Assembly: GCA_017650105.1 (NCBI GenBank)
Contig: JAGCFO010000039.1
Span: 2,571 to 66,570, forward strand
Source of the DNA: Bacteroidaceae bacterium
GTDB lineage: Bacteria; Bacteroidota; Bacteroidia; Bacteroidales; Bacteroidaceae
Direction: 5' to 3'
DNA length: 64,000 nucleotides
Under the pieces are notes generated by a model that did not search any database, was not told where the DNA came from, and was given only the letters and a program-made list of their open reading frames with translations. Positions 32,536-43,300 of the stretch are shown here, piece by piece; the first letter of the stretch is position 1; each line of letters starts with the position of its first letter. The position numbers and the translations under genes were made by a program.

Positions 32536-32634
32536 TAATTATGAGTTAAGAAAAAAGATTTTTGGAGAACAAATATCGCGATATGAAGAAGGGAAAAAAT
32601 TTTTTCGAGAAGGGAAAAATAATTATGAGTTAAG
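32536..32634 (+). repeat. Repeat family locus C (3 units) bounded by a perfect 15-bp direct repeat TAATTATGAGTTAAG
   Basis: TAATTATGAGTTAAG (32536-32550), then AAAAAAGATTTTT GGAGAAC AAATATCGCGATAT GAAGAAGG GAAAAAATTTTTT CGAGAAGG GAAAAA, then TAATTATGAGTTAAG (32620-32634). Lies between the lptC stop and the CorC-family start. Confidence 0.9.
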
Positions 32635-32643
32635 CAAAAGGAA

Positions 32644-33336
32644 TCATTCGTTCTTCTTATTAACAGGGATGTCAGCCGGCTCGGGTGCCGCGATAGGCGC
32701 TCCGCTCGTTTCATCAGGAACCACGATGTTGGAGTCGGCAGGGATTTCGTTTATCTCAGGCTCCTTGTTGAGGTCTTCAATGGGGAATGTTCCCTGCGTG
32801 CGACGGATGATGTAGTTGGTAAACTGCTGGTTGCTCTCGAAGCCTATTCCTGTGATGATACGGTCTTTCTGCTGGATGCGGATGAACAGATCAGACCAAA
32901 CGCGCTCGGTGTTCTGGTTCCAGAAGAGCAGCTCAGTGTCGAAGATTTCTCCCTGCAGGTTCTCGATGTGCACGTTGTGGCGCAGTTCCCATAGTTTAGT
33001 CCTCTCAAAATAGTATGCCGTATCGGCTTTTACCGTAGCGTCGATGTGAAGGCTGTCGCTGAAGCGCTCAAGGTAGATGCCGTGCTCGAATTTCCACTGG
33101 GGAGGATCGAGTTGGTCAAAGATTTCCCACTCTTCAGTTACAATCCTGTAGCGCACTACCCCCGAGTCGGAGATAGCCGTATTCACGTTGTAGGTTATCA
33201 TTCCGGGCACGGAGTCTCGATTGTGGATAGCATCGGTGTACTGCTTCTTGTCGCGGCTACAGGAACAAAAGAGCATAGCAATCACGCTTACCGTGACTGC
33301 TATGCAATGAAGACTGTATGTTCTGTTAAGACTCAA
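32644..33336 (-). CDS. lptC: LptC-like LPS export periplasmic protein (lipoprotein-anchored)
   Basis: Lipobox LFCSCSRD. The size and the beta-jellyroll-like repeat pattern (KADTAYYFERTKLWELRHNVHIENLQGEIFDTELLFWNQ) fit LptC. Its position upstream of a CorC-family gene is typical of Bacteroidales. Confidence 0.7.
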   Translation of the reverse strand: MSLNRTYSLHCIAVTVSVIAMLFCSCSRDKKQYTDAIHNRDSVPGMITYNVNTAISDSGVVRYRIVTEEWEIFDQLDPPQWKFEHGIYLERFSDSLHIDATVKADTAYYFERTKLWELRHNVHIENLQGEIFDTELLFWNQNTERVWSDLFIRIQQKDRIITGIGFESNQQFTNYIIRRTQGTFPIEDLNKEPEINEIPADSNIVVPDETSGAPIAAPEPADIPVNKKNE

Positions 33337-33339
33337 CGT

Positions 33340-34722
33340 TTAGCGGATGGTTGTGTTCTCATCGATGAGACCACCTACGTGCACGTTGTCGCCTTGCTTG
33401 TATCCCAGGAAGAAGAGCTGTGCAACGTCGGGCGTATGTCCGCTGTAGAGTCCGATGAGACGGTTGGCGTCGGCAGCCACACTCTCGTCTACACTCTTTG
33501 CGCGAGCCAGCTTGTCGAGGACTACGTAGTATTTGCAGGCATTGAGCTCGGGTTTGTCGCTCCAGTTAGGTGCTGCTGCGTAGATGTTGGCAAGCAGGAT
33601 GTAGAATGCGCCCTTACGTCCGTTGAGGCTGATAGCACGCTGGCAGTAGGTCTTGGCGAGGCTCAGGCGCTTGTCGCTGTTGGCGATGACGGCAGCCTTG
33701 TAGTTGTAGTCGGCCTTCTTGGCGTTGTCGCTCTCGAGTTCGATTGCCTGGTTGAAGAAGTCAAGTGACTTGGCTACGTCGCCACGCTTGAAGTAGCTGT
33801 AAGCGCAACCTGCGGCACTACCTGCGGTAGGATTGAGATGATGTGCATACTCAGAAGCAGTGTAGTACACGTCGCTCTCGGTGCAGTTGAGCAGAGACAT
33901 CACGGCGATGACTTTCGTCAGATACTCGATATCGTCTTTGTTCTCCTCTACCTTGGGAGCATAGATAGCCTGCAGCTGGTCACAGTCGGCAGCGCCGCTG
34001 TTGATGAAGTAGGCATCTACGTTATCCTTCGTCTTCGTTACGGCATTCACCATTTCGGCTGCCTTCTCCTCGTCGGGGAATTCGGTGTCGATAGTCTTGC
34101 TGTATATCTGGGCAATCAGGTCGGAGGCAGACAGATAGTCCTGGATGAAGTCCTCGCGGAAACTCTCGTCAGCCTTGAAGATGGAGGATGAAGTCTTCAT
34201 AAGGTCTCCCAGCAGGTAATACTCGCTGTCGATTCCGCCTTTCTCAAGCGACTCGAGCAACATCTTGCGTGCTTCCTTGGGATCCATCTTGGGATAGTAG
34301 GTCAGGTAGTCGTGAGCCTTCTGCCCGAGAACGCGATAGTCCTTCAGCTGAGTCTTTACCAGCAGGTCGAGCTGGGGCAGATACTTGATTTCCTGATCGT
34401 AGACGGCCATCAGCTCGTCTGCATAAGCCTTGCGGGGCTCATACTCCTTTGTCTTGGAGATAAGGTTCTTCAATATAACAACACCTTTGGTGTAAGTGGC
34501 TACTTGAGCAACAGGAGCCTCTTCAAACACCTTCTTCCAAGGTTCGTAAGCCTCCTGGAAGTTGTTTGTCTTCACATACTCCGAGTAGATGCTGATGTTG
34601 TTGAGGGCATTGATGCTGTCCTGACCGTGTCCGAAGCGGGAACCGTCTTCAACGCCTTTCTGTGCAAATGCTGCGGAAGCGATAAGAGCCATCAGGCTGA
34701 TCATCATGAGATTTCTTTTCAT
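33340..34722 (-). CDS. Secreted TPR-repeat protein, unknown function
   Basis: Signal peptide MKRNLMMISLMALIASAAFAQ. Helical repeat composition with TPR-like AxxYxxA periodicity. The stop is 4 nt from the lptC start. Confidence 0.7.
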   Translation of the reverse strand: MKRNLMMISLMALIASAAFAQKGVEDGSRFGHGQDSINALNNISIYSEYVKTNNFQEAYEPWKKVFEEAPVAQVATYTKGVVILKNLISKTKEYEPRKAYADELMAVYDQEIKYLPQLDLLVKTQLKDYRVLGQKAHDYLTYYPKMDPKEARKMLLESLEKGGIDSEYYLLGDLMKTSSSIFKADESFREDFIQDYLSASDLIAQIYSKTIDTEFPDEEKAAEMVNAVTKTKDNVDAYFINSGAADCDQLQAIYAPKVEENKDDIEYLTKVIAVMSLLNCTESDVYYTASEYAHHLNPTAGSAAGCAYSYFKRGDVAKSLDFFNQAIELESDNAKKADYNYKAAVIANSDKRLSLAKTYCQRAISLNGRKGAFYILLANIYAAAPNWSDKPELNACKYYVVLDKLARAKSVDESVAADANRLIGLYSGHTPDVAQLFFLGYKQGDNVHVGGLIDENTTIR

Positions 34723-34833
34723 CTTTGTAGGGTCTTATTGTTAGTTAAAATTCTTTTTCAAACTCTCTTTTGTCTTTTTGACCTTTTTTTGCGGGTTGGG
34801 TTTAAATATCGTGTATTACTTTTTGTTTCCTGC

Positions 34834-36114
34834 TTAGTTTACCTTCCACTTGGTGAACCAGTTTTCGATGAACGATACGCTGATGTTCAGCCTCATATAG
34901 TTTTCGGTAATCATGCCTGGAGCATTGGGTCTCAGGTGGATGAACTGCCCTGAGATGTTCACAGTCGTGCGGTTGTTCCATCCGTTTATCACGGGTATGC
35001 CCACTCCGATGCTTGCTCCGTATTCGTTGGGACCCTTCAAGCCGTTGATGGTGTAGCTCGGCGTGTTGGCATAGATTCCTGCGCGGTAGCGCCAGCGGCG
35101 TAAGGGCTTGCGGGTGATGAGTTCGGGGATGTATTCCACTCCGAGCGAGGCGTGATAACGGTCGATGCCGGGCTCGTTGAAGAAGTATACCGAGCCGTAT
35201 TGGCTCAAGCCGAAGTCGGCAGTCACCGTCAGCCTTCCGTCGTAGTTGTATGCCAATCCGGCTCCCAGGCTCGAGGGCACAGCGAAGGGTTTGCAGAGGG
35301 CTGTGTCGGACGAGAGGGCGCTGGTGCTGCTGTTCACGACGTAGTCGACAACGTATGCATCGTCCTTGAACTTCGTCCCCAGCGAGTAGGTGGCTCCCAG
35401 CGTCACCTTGTGCTTGCCTTTGCCGAACTGTAGTTGCCCTCCGAAGTCGAAGTTCACTCCCGACAGTTCGGTGGTGTACTGCTTGGTGCGGGTGTTTATG
35501 GTGTTCTCGCTGTACTGATTATAGATGTAATGGTCGAAGCTGCCATAGATGTAGCTTGCGTTGGCACCCATCGACAACCACTTGAAGGGCATCCAGCCGA
35601 GTCCGACGATAGCGCTATGCAATCCGCCTTCTCCTTTATACTTATTAGTAATGGTGACGGCTTCGTCATCCTGGTAAAGGGGGTTATCGTCGAAATAGAC
35701 TTTTTCGCTCTGGCTGTAGCTGTATCCCACGTTGGAGTAAGGCATAAAAGCAAGTGTCATACCCAGTCCCTTGTGGAGCCGGTATTGGAAAGCCAGATAG
35801 TCGAACGATGCGTTGCGGGCGTTTTTCTTCACGCCGTTTTCAGCGAAGTTGGTGTTCTGCAGGCTGGCGCCGATATCCATGATGAACGTAAGGGTGTCGA
35901 CCGACGAGTAGCTTGCCGGGTTCAGCAGGTTTATCTGGTTAGCGTTGCGCAGGGCTATTCCTGCCCCGCCCATCGCTTTGTTCACTCCCAGCTCATACGA
36001 CGCCAGCTGCCCGAATCCGAAGCGGGTGTAGGGCGAGTTGATGCCGTTCTCAGCTGCTGCAGGAAGCAGCGTCATGAGCGTGAAGAGCGTCAAAAGGCTG
36101 ATTTTCTTTCTCAT
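34834..36114 (-). CDS. Outer-membrane beta-barrel protein (porin/FadL-like), unknown function
   Basis: ORF 34834..36195, trimmed to MRKKISLLTLFTLMTLLPAAAENG. Alternating amphipathic beta-strand pattern and an aromatic C-terminal strand (...WFTKWKVN). Confidence 0.65.
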   Translation of the reverse strand: MRKKISLLTLFTLMTLLPAAAENGINSPYTRFGFGQLASYELGVNKAMGGAGIALRNANQINLLNPASYSSVDTLTFIMDIGASLQNTNFAENGVKKNARNASFDYLAFQYRLHKGLGMTLAFMPYSNVGYSYSQSEKVYFDDNPLYQDDEAVTITNKYKGEGGLHSAIVGLGWMPFKWLSMGANASYIYGSFDHYIYNQYSENTINTRTKQYTTELSGVNFDFGGQLQFGKGKHKVTLGATYSLGTKFKDDAYVVDYVVNSSTSALSSDTALCKPFAVPSSLGAGLAYNYDGRLTVTADFGLSQYGSVYFFNEPGIDRYHASLGVEYIPELITRKPLRRWRYRAGIYANTPSYTINGLKGPNEYGASIGVGIPVINGWNNRTTVNISGQFIHLRPNAPGMITENYMRLNISVSFIENWFTKWKVN

Positions 36115-36330
36115 TAGTTGTCTGAAACCTGTTTCCTTCGTTTGTACAAACGCGAAAATTTTTGCAAAGATGATACTTTTTGCTGAATTGAGCAAAAGAA
36201 GATGTTTAAAAAACCTATAAAGAGATTGAAAACTTTTTAATTTCCGCTCCTTTTCTGTCCGTCGGATGCGGAAGAAGCGTCAAAAAAGAGGGATATTTTG
36301 CCGTACGGGATTGGCTGTTTGTCCACACGA

Positions 36331-36412
36331 TTTTTTTCGTTCTCCAGAAAAAATTATTTGTTCTCCAAAAAAATTTTTCCCTTCTTCATATCGCCGTATT
36401 TGTTCTCCAAAA
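36331..36412 (-). repeat. Repeat family locus D (4 units, reverse orientation)
   Basis: T7 CGTTCTCC AGAAAAAATTATTT GTTCTCC A7T5 CCCTTCTTC ATATCGCCGTATTT GTTCTCC AAAA. Its reverse complement closely matches locus C (GGAGAACAAATAYSGCGATATGAAGAAGGGAAAAA..TTTTT). Lies in a divergent intergenic region (36115-36576). Confidence 0.9.
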
Positions 36413-36548
36413 TGAGCGTTTCCCAAAGCAAAATCCAGGCTGCCCGAGGGGGCGTTCTGGATAGCTTCTGATGGAGGAGCAAAAGACGACAAAAGGGTGA
36501 GAAAGAAAAAAGTGGATAGTCTTTTTTCGAAATGTCAATACATTTTCC

Positions 36549-36556
36549 TACATTTG
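36549..36556 (+). promoter_or_regulatory. Candidate -7 box TACATTTG for the DUF4105 / alkaline phosphatase operon
   Basis: 20 nt upstream of the ATG at 36577. This also supports the trimmed start. Confidence 0.5.
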
Positions 36557-36576
36557 CGCAAAATTTCATAATCTGC

Positions 36577-38001
36577 ATGAGAAGGCTTTTATTTTTCCTG
36601 TTACTCGGCGCCTGCCTGCCGTTGTCGGCAACGAGGCAAAGTGCTGCCCAGAAGGACTCGTTAGCGGCATCTGCCGACTCCGCCGTTGTTGCCCCCGACA
36701 CTCTGAAGGCCGATTCGTTGCCTTCGGAAGAGTCTCTCCTTCCCGACAGCACGAAGGGAAAGGGCGTGAGTGCCGACTCGCTGTGGGCTATGAGCGATCG
36801 TTCACTCTTCGTGTTGCCCGACAGCCTTCCGCGCGAAGGTTTTCCGCGTGTGAGCCTGCTCACGTGCAGCCCTGCGGCAGAAGTGTGGCAGCAGTACGGG
36901 CATACAGCCCTGCGCTACGAAGATCCTTTGTCGAACATCGACATCGTGTTCAACTACGGGCTCTTCAGCTTCGGCGCGCCGCATTTCATCTGGCGTTTCT
37001 GCATGGGAAAGACCGACTATCTGCTTGGCGCAGAGGAATTTCCGTCGTTTGAGCAGGAATACATGGAGCGCGGGTCATCCATCGAGATGCAAGTGCTCAA
37101 CATGAGCCCCTCTGAGGTTGCCCGATTCTGGGCACTCATCACCGAAAACTGCCGCCCTGCAAATCGCGTCTATCGCTACAATTTCCTCTATAAGAACTGC
37201 AGTACGATGGCGCGCGACATCGCTCTGCAGAGCATCGACGGGCGAATCATCCCTCCTGCCGACGATAGCCTCACGCTGCGAGAGGTGATGCACGAGTTCA
37301 ACTCGTCATACCCCTGGGCTTCGTTCGGGATAGACCTGCTGCTGGGATATGAGGTGGACCGTCGTGTGGGCAACGAACAGTTGGAGTTTGCCCCCGAATA
37401 CGTGATGCGGCATTGGGCTCGCTCTGCGCGCACTTTCATGCCCGACAGCCTTTCGCAGGACTCCCTTCAGCGAGGCGAAACCATCCAGCCTTGGGTAAAG
37501 GCCTATACGGAGATATTGCCCGAGACGCCGATGCGGAAGTCTTCCCGTTTCCCGCTGACGCCTATGCAGATGATGATATTGGTGCTGCTGCTCACAGCCA
37601 TCATAGGTACCCTCGAGCTGCTTACCGACAGGGTTCAATGGTGGTACGACGTCTTCCTCTACGGCATTCAGGGCATCGCCGGCATCATCATCTCATTCCT
37701 GTTCTTCTTCTCGGCCCATCCGGCAGTAGGAACCAACATGCTTGTGTTCCTCTTCAACCCTATAGCGTTGATTCTGCTGCCCATCATAGTCATCCGTTCC
37801 ATCAAGCACAAGCCCATCCATAAGATTTGCTGGATAGAACTGGCACTCATTGCTGCTGTGGTGATAGCTGTGATTGTGACGAAACAATCGGTTCCCGCCG
37901 CCCTCTGGGTGTTTGTGGGAGCCCTTCTGCTGCGCACGCTGCATCATCTTGTGCTGCGCAGCCTTATCTACGAACGTATGAGCAGGAAAAAAAAGAAATA
38001 A
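36577..38001 (+). CDS. DUF4105 (Lnb N-terminal periplasmic domain) membrane protein
   Basis: Trimmed to MRRLLFFLLLGACLPLSA. Contains LLTCSPAAEVWQQYGHTALRYED...VFNYGLFSF and YRYNFLYKNCSTMARDI, followed by a C-terminal block of TM helices. Confidence 0.75.
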   Translation: MRRLLFFLLLGACLPLSATRQSAAQKDSLAASADSAVVAPDTLKADSLPSEESLLPDSTKGKGVSADSLWAMSDRSLFVLPDSLPREGFPRVSLLTCSPAAEVWQQYGHTALRYEDPLSNIDIVFNYGLFSFGAPHFIWRFCMGKTDYLLGAEEFPSFEQEYMERGSSIEMQVLNMSPSEVARFWALITENCRPANRVYRYNFLYKNCSTMARDIALQSIDGRIIPPADDSLTLREVMHEFNSSYPWASFGIDLLLGYEVDRRVGNEQLEFAPEYVMRHWARSARTFMPDSLSQDSLQRGETIQPWVKAYTEILPETPMRKSSRFPLTPMQMMILVLLLTAIIGTLELLTDRVQWWYDVFLYGIQGIAGIIISFLFFFSAHPAVGTNMLVFLFNPIALILLPIIVIRSIKHKPIHKICWIELALIAAVVIAVIVTKQSVPAALWVFVGALLLRTLHHLVLRSLIYERMSRKKKK

Positions 38002-38005
38002 CAGC

Positions 38006-39571
38006 ATGAAACGCTTCCCTACCCTTCTCACTTGCGGCGCTTTAGCCCTATATATATTAATAGGAGGAAACCTCACCGTTCAGGCACAGCCGAAAATCGT
38101 TGTGGGCATAATGGTCGACCAGCTACGCTCCGACTATATGGAGAAATACAAGTCGCTCTTCGGAAACGGAGGATTCAGAAAACTGCTCGACGAAGGGCTG
38201 GTGTATACCAACGGAACCTATAACTTCGTATCCCCAGACCGTTCGTCGGCAACGGCAACCCTCTATAGCGGCACCGAGCCAGCCTATCACGGCATCATTG
38301 GAAACCGTTTCATGGAGAGAAACTCTCTGAAGGTGCGCTCTTGCGTCGACGACAGCGATTGCTCGGGAGTGAATACGTTCGACGGCTCCTCACCGGCTAA
38401 TCTGCTGGTTACCACTATAGCCGATGAACTGAAAATTGCCTCTCGTGGGCAAAGCCTCGTGTTTTCCGTTGCACCCGACAGAGATATGGCTGTGTTGGCA
38501 GGAGGGCATGCTGCCGACGCCGTGATATGGATGAACGATATGGACGGGCGCTGGGCTTCTTCTTCCTTCTACGGAGAGATGCCGCGCTGGCTGAACACAT
38601 CCTACATGCGCGAGAGAATGCGTATGACGACTTTCGCAGCAGACAAGTGGACACCTTACTTTCCCATCAGCTCTTATGTCTATCCCCTCTCGGAGGGCAA
38701 GCCGCAGTCGTTCGGGTACTCTTTCTCTACGCGAGACGCAAAGCTTTTCAAAACTTCGGGGCTTGTCAACGAGCAGATTACGGATATGGCGAAGGTGTGC
38801 CTTGCTTCTTCATCTTTCGGGCGCGACAATACCCCAGACCTGCTGTGCGTGGGCTACTATGCGGGAAACTACGATCATCGCTCCGAAAGTGAGGCTCCCA
38901 TAGAGCTGCAGGACATTTACTGCCGTCTCGACCGTACGATAGCAGACTTAATCCAAGCTGTCGAGACTCGCGTGGGAGCAGGCAATGCGTTGTTTTTCGT
39001 TGCTTCTACAGGATATTCCGACGTGCACCAGCCTTCGGTGGGAGACTATCATCTGCCAACGGGAGAGGTGCGAATGGAGCGATACAATGTGCTGCTCAAT
39101 ATGTATCTGAGCGCCATCTACGGAAAAAGTGAGTATGTGGATGCTTCTTATCTGAATCAGATTTATCTGAATCATTCTTCTTTGGAACGTTTCCAAATCA
39201 AGATGTCCGACGTACAGGAGCGCTGCGTAGAGTTCCTCACACAGGTGAAAGGAATCAAGCATGTTTACGGCTCAATGGACTTGATGGGGAACAAGAGCGA
39301 CAACGCGATGCGAAATGCCTATCACAACGAGCGCTCGGGAGACATCATTCTGGAGATTGCCCCAGGATGGTCTCTCATCGACACTCGCTGGGGAGAACAG
39401 GCTTACTACTGCCGTTCTTTAGTTCCTGTGCCGATTCTTTTCTTCGGCAAGGGAATCACACCAGGAGTGCACAGCGCGCCTGCTGCCATTGAGTCCGTAG
39501 CTCCTACTGTGGCAACGCTTCTCAACATAAGTATTCCTAATGCTTGTGCGGTGCCTCCTCTTTCTTATTAA
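38006..39571 (+). CDS. Alkaline phosphatase / nucleotide pyrophosphatase (type I phosphodiesterase) family protein
   Basis: Signal peptide and VVGIMVDQLRSDYMEKY near the N-terminus. Starts 4 nt after the DUF4105 gene, and this pairing is common. Confidence 0.8.
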   Translation: MKRFPTLLTCGALALYILIGGNLTVQAQPKIVVGIMVDQLRSDYMEKYKSLFGNGGFRKLLDEGLVYTNGTYNFVSPDRSSATATLYSGTEPAYHGIIGNRFMERNSLKVRSCVDDSDCSGVNTFDGSSPANLLVTTIADELKIASRGQSLVFSVAPDRDMAVLAGGHAADAVIWMNDMDGRWASSSFYGEMPRWLNTSYMRERMRMTTFAADKWTPYFPISSYVYPLSEGKPQSFGYSFSTRDAKLFKTSGLVNEQITDMAKVCLASSSFGRDNTPDLLCVGYYAGNYDHRSESEAPIELQDIYCRLDRTIADLIQAVETRVGAGNALFFVASTGYSDVHQPSVGDYHLPTGEVRMERYNVLLNMYLSAIYGKSEYVDASYLNQIYLNHSSLERFQIKMSDVQERCVEFLTQVKGIKHVYGSMDLMGNKSDNAMRNAYHNERSGDIILEIAPGWSLIDTRWGEQAYYCRSLVPVPILFFGKGITPGVHSAPAAIESVAPTVATLLNISIPNACAVPPLSY

Positions 39572-39682
39572 GGAAGGCATACGACATAATCAAAAATAGT
39601 TTTTTTCGGAGACTGCATTTGTATGCCAGTTTGGCACACCGATGCTGTCATTTGTCTGACATGAGGCAGAGGAGTTAATGCG

Positions 39683-40141
39683 TCATTTGTCAATGTTGAT
39701 GAGACGCATAGCTCGGTTGAAGGTAAGCTCTGTATTGTCCTCAAGCCGCACTTCGTAGAGTCTGTCTTCATGCTCGTATTTGATGATGACAGGATTCGGA
39801 TATCTCTGCTTTACCTGCTGCAAGATGGCTTCGGGAATTATCGCCTCAGGCACGGAGCCTTTGGTGCAATTCACTTCAGTGCAGTTACCGTTTCGGTCGA
39901 AATGCAAGTCGGTGCCGCCCTTGAGGTCTACTTCATATTCGATAAGGCTGGCACGATGCTGAAGAATGACCTCTTTGATGCGCACTCCACTATAGTGTGT
40001 TTCGAGAAAAACCTTTGCTTTGTCAGGAAGCTGCGCTGTGCTGATGGGCTTTTCACCCGAGAAGGAACCTCCGTTGCATGACAGCATAATTGTCAGAATG
40101 ATGGTAGCAAGAATGCTTTGTGTGAAAAAATGTCGTTTCAT
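39683..40141 (-). CDS. PepSY-like (putative beta-lactamase-inhibitor-like) periplasmic lipoprotein
   Basis: MKRHFFTQSILATIILTIMLSCNGG. Two repeats of the LP..A..FL...YP...I..V....YEV.L..G..L.F pattern. Confidence 0.7.
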   Translation of the reverse strand: MKRHFFTQSILATIILTIMLSCNGGSFSGEKPISTAQLPDKAKVFLETHYSGVRIKEVILQHRASLIEYEVDLKGGTDLHFDRNGNCTEVNCTKGSVPEAIIPEAILQQVKQRYPNPVIIKYEHEDRLYEVRLEDNTELTFNRAMRLINIDK

Positions 40142-40248
40142 TGCGGTAGGCATGTTTTTTGCGTGAACAAAGATAGTGCTTTTTTCACAATAGACGATTA
40201 TTTTGTGTGAAAAAGTGAAAAAAGAATGGCTGAGTGAGAAAAAAGTGC

Positions 40249-40256
40249 TATTTTTG
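40249..40256 (+). promoter_or_regulatory. Candidate -7 box TATTTTTG for secA
   Basis: 84 nt upstream of the ATG at 40341. Confidence 0.4.
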
Positions 40257-40340
40257 CACGATAATGAGTGGATGTGGCCTTTTTATAGGGAAGCGTCTCA
40301 TTCATTTTGGACTGAATAAATAACAAATTTTGCAATTATA

Positions 40341-43300
40341 ATGGGATTTAACGACATCATTAGTAAACTGTTTGGCAACAAGAGTACTCGCGATATGCGA
40401 GAGATTCAGCCTTGGGTTGAGAAGGTAAAGGCTGCGTATGTGGAGATAGAAAAACTCTCCAACGACGACCTTCGTGCCCGCACCAAGGAGCTGAAAGCGC
40501 GCATTCTTGCTTCTGCCGAGCAGGAAAGGGCAGAGATTGCCGCCCTCCGCGCCAAAGTGGAAGAGACGGAGCTGGAGGATCGCGAGGCCCTTTTTGACCA
40601 AATCGATAAAAAGGAGAAGGAAGTTCTGGAAATTTATGAGAAAGCGATGGATGAGGCTTTGCCCGAAGCGTTTTCTATTGTGAAAGAGACGGCTCGCCGT
40701 TTTGCTGAGAACGAGGAAGTCGTCGTCACAGCAACTGACTTTGACCGAAATATGGCTGCCACGAAGGATTTTGTCCGTGTCGAAGGAGACAAGGCTATCT
40801 ACGTCAATCATTGGCAGGCAGGAGGCAACGAAACCGTCTGGAACATGATTCATTACGACGTGCAGCTCTTCGGCGGAGTAGTGCTCCACAAGGGTAAGAT
40901 TGCCGAAATGGCTACGGGTGAAGGTAAGACTTTGGTTGCCACCCTCCCCGTATTCCTCAATGCACTCACAGGCAACGGAGTACACGTCGTTACGGTAAAC
41001 GACTACCTTGCCAAGCGCGACTCCGAATGGATGGGACCTCTTTACATCTTCCACGGGCTGTCGGTAGACTGCATCGATAAGCACCAGCCCAACAGCGAGG
41101 CTCGGCGCCAGGCTTATCTTGCTGACATCACCTTCGGAACGAACAACGAATTCGGTTTCGACTATCTGCGCGACAACATGGCTTCCTCGCCCGAAGATCT
41201 TGTTCAGCGCTCACACAACTATGCTATTGTCGACGAGGTTGACTCTGTGCTTATCGATGACGCGCGTACTCCTCTTATTATTAGCGGACCTGTTCCGAAG
41301 AGCGAGGACCAGATGTTTGAGGAGCTCCGTCCCTATGTGGAGCGTCTGGTTGAAGCACAGAAGAAACTTGCCACACAGTATCTAGTAGAGGCAAAGAAGC
41401 TTATCCCCAGCGACAAGCCCGAAGAGGTGGAGGCAGGTTTCCTGGCACTCTTCCGCGCCTTCAAGGCTCTGCCCAAGAACAACGCACTCATCAAATACTT
41501 GAGCGAGCCGGGAATCAAGACAGGTCTGCTCAAGACGGAAGCTATCTACATAGAGCAGAACAACCGTCGTATGCCTGAGGCAACTGACCCTCTTTACTTC
41601 GTGATTGACGAAAAGCTCAATTCCGTTGACATGACGGATAAGGGTACCGACCTTATCACGGGCAATATGTCCGACAGTACCTTCTTTGTGCTTCCCGACA
41701 TTGCCGCACAGCTCTCCGAGCTGGAAACGCATACGGAACTTACCGAGGAGGAGCGCCTTGAGCAAAAAGACAAACTGCTTACCGACTACGCAGTTAAAAG
41801 TGAGCGCATCCACACCATCAACCAGCTGCTGAAGGCCTACACCATGTTCGAAAAGGATGTGGAGTACATCGTCGACGAGGAAGGGCACGTCAAGATTGTT
41901 GACGAGCAGACAGGACGTATCATGGAAGGGCGCCGCTACAGCGATGGTCTGCATCAGGCCATTGAGGCAAAAGAGCGTGTGAAGGTTGAAGCTGCCACGC
42001 AGACTTTCGCAACTATCACGCTTCAGAACTACTTCCGCATGTACCACAAGCTGGCTGGTATGACGGGTACTGCAGAAACGGAGGCAGGCGAATTCTGGGA
42101 TATCTACAAGCTGGATGTAGTGGTTATTCCCACTAACAAGCCCGTTATCCGCAACGATATGAACGACCGAGTCTATAAGACTAAGCGCGAGAAGTACAAA
42201 GCCGTTATCGACGAGATTGTGAAGATGCGCGAAGAAGGGCGTCCCGTGCTGGTAGGTACCACATCGGTGGAAATCAGCGAAATGCTGAGCCGTATGCTCA
42301 CTATGCGCAAGATAGACCACAACGTCCTCAACGCCAAGTTGCACCAACGCGAGGCTGAGATTGTTGCCCAGGCTGGTAAGAGCACTCTCGGCAAGGTTAT
42401 GGTGACGAAGCCCGACGGCACGAGTCAGCTCGAGGAGCGTCTGCTGGGTGCTGTAACTATCGCCACGAATATGGCAGGACGTGGTACCGACATCAAGTTG
42501 ACTCCCGAAGTACGTGCTGCCGGAGGTCTTGCAATCATCGGCACCGAGCGTCACGAGAGCCGGCGCGTAGATCGTCAGTTGCGCGGACGTTCAGGACGAC
42601 AGGGTGACCCGGGTTCTTCTGTGTTCTACGTTTCACTCGAAGATAACCTTATGCGTCTGTTTGCAAGCGACAAGATTGCAAGCGTGATGGACCGCATGGG
42701 ATTCAAGGAGGGCGAGATGCTGGAGCACAGCATGATAAACAAGTCTATCGAAAATGCACAGAAGAAAGTCGAGGAGAACAACTTCGGCATCCGAAAGCGT
42801 CTGCTCGAGTACGACGACGTGATGAACAAGCAGCGCCAGGTGGTTTACACCAAGCGCCGTCACGCCCTTGTGGGAGAGCGCCTGGGTATGGATATCACTA
42901 ACATGATTTGGGACCGTTGCGCCGAAGCCATCGAGAACTCAGCCGACTACGAAGACCTGAAGATGAAGATCTTCCGCACGCTGGCGATGGAGACTCCTTT
43001 CTCCGAAGCAGATTATCGTGAGAAAGACAAGCAGGAACTGGTTCAGCAGGCCTTCAACGCAGGAATGGAGCACTTCAAGCGCAAGACAGACATGTTGGCA
43101 CAGATAGCCAATCCTGTCATCCAGAAAGTGTATGAGGAGCAGGGCGACCGTTACGAAAACATCCTCATTCCCATCACCGACGGAAAGCGACTCTATCAGA
43201 TTCCCGTGAACCTGAAGGCTGCTGCCGAAAGCGACGGTAAAGAGGTTGTGAAGTCGTTCGAGAAGGCCATCATGCTTCATGTCATCGACGAAGCCTGGAA

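Noticed and set aside
31223-36114. Idea that the separation of ppiD (62480) from the CorC-LptC-TPR-OMP block (31223-36114) reflects a repeat-mediated rearrangement. Repeat loci C and G sit next to the two parts.
   Set aside because: It rests only on my recollection that these genes are adjacent in some Bacteroides genomes. Nothing in this window demonstrates an inversion breakpoint, and it needs comparative genomics before it can be claimed.
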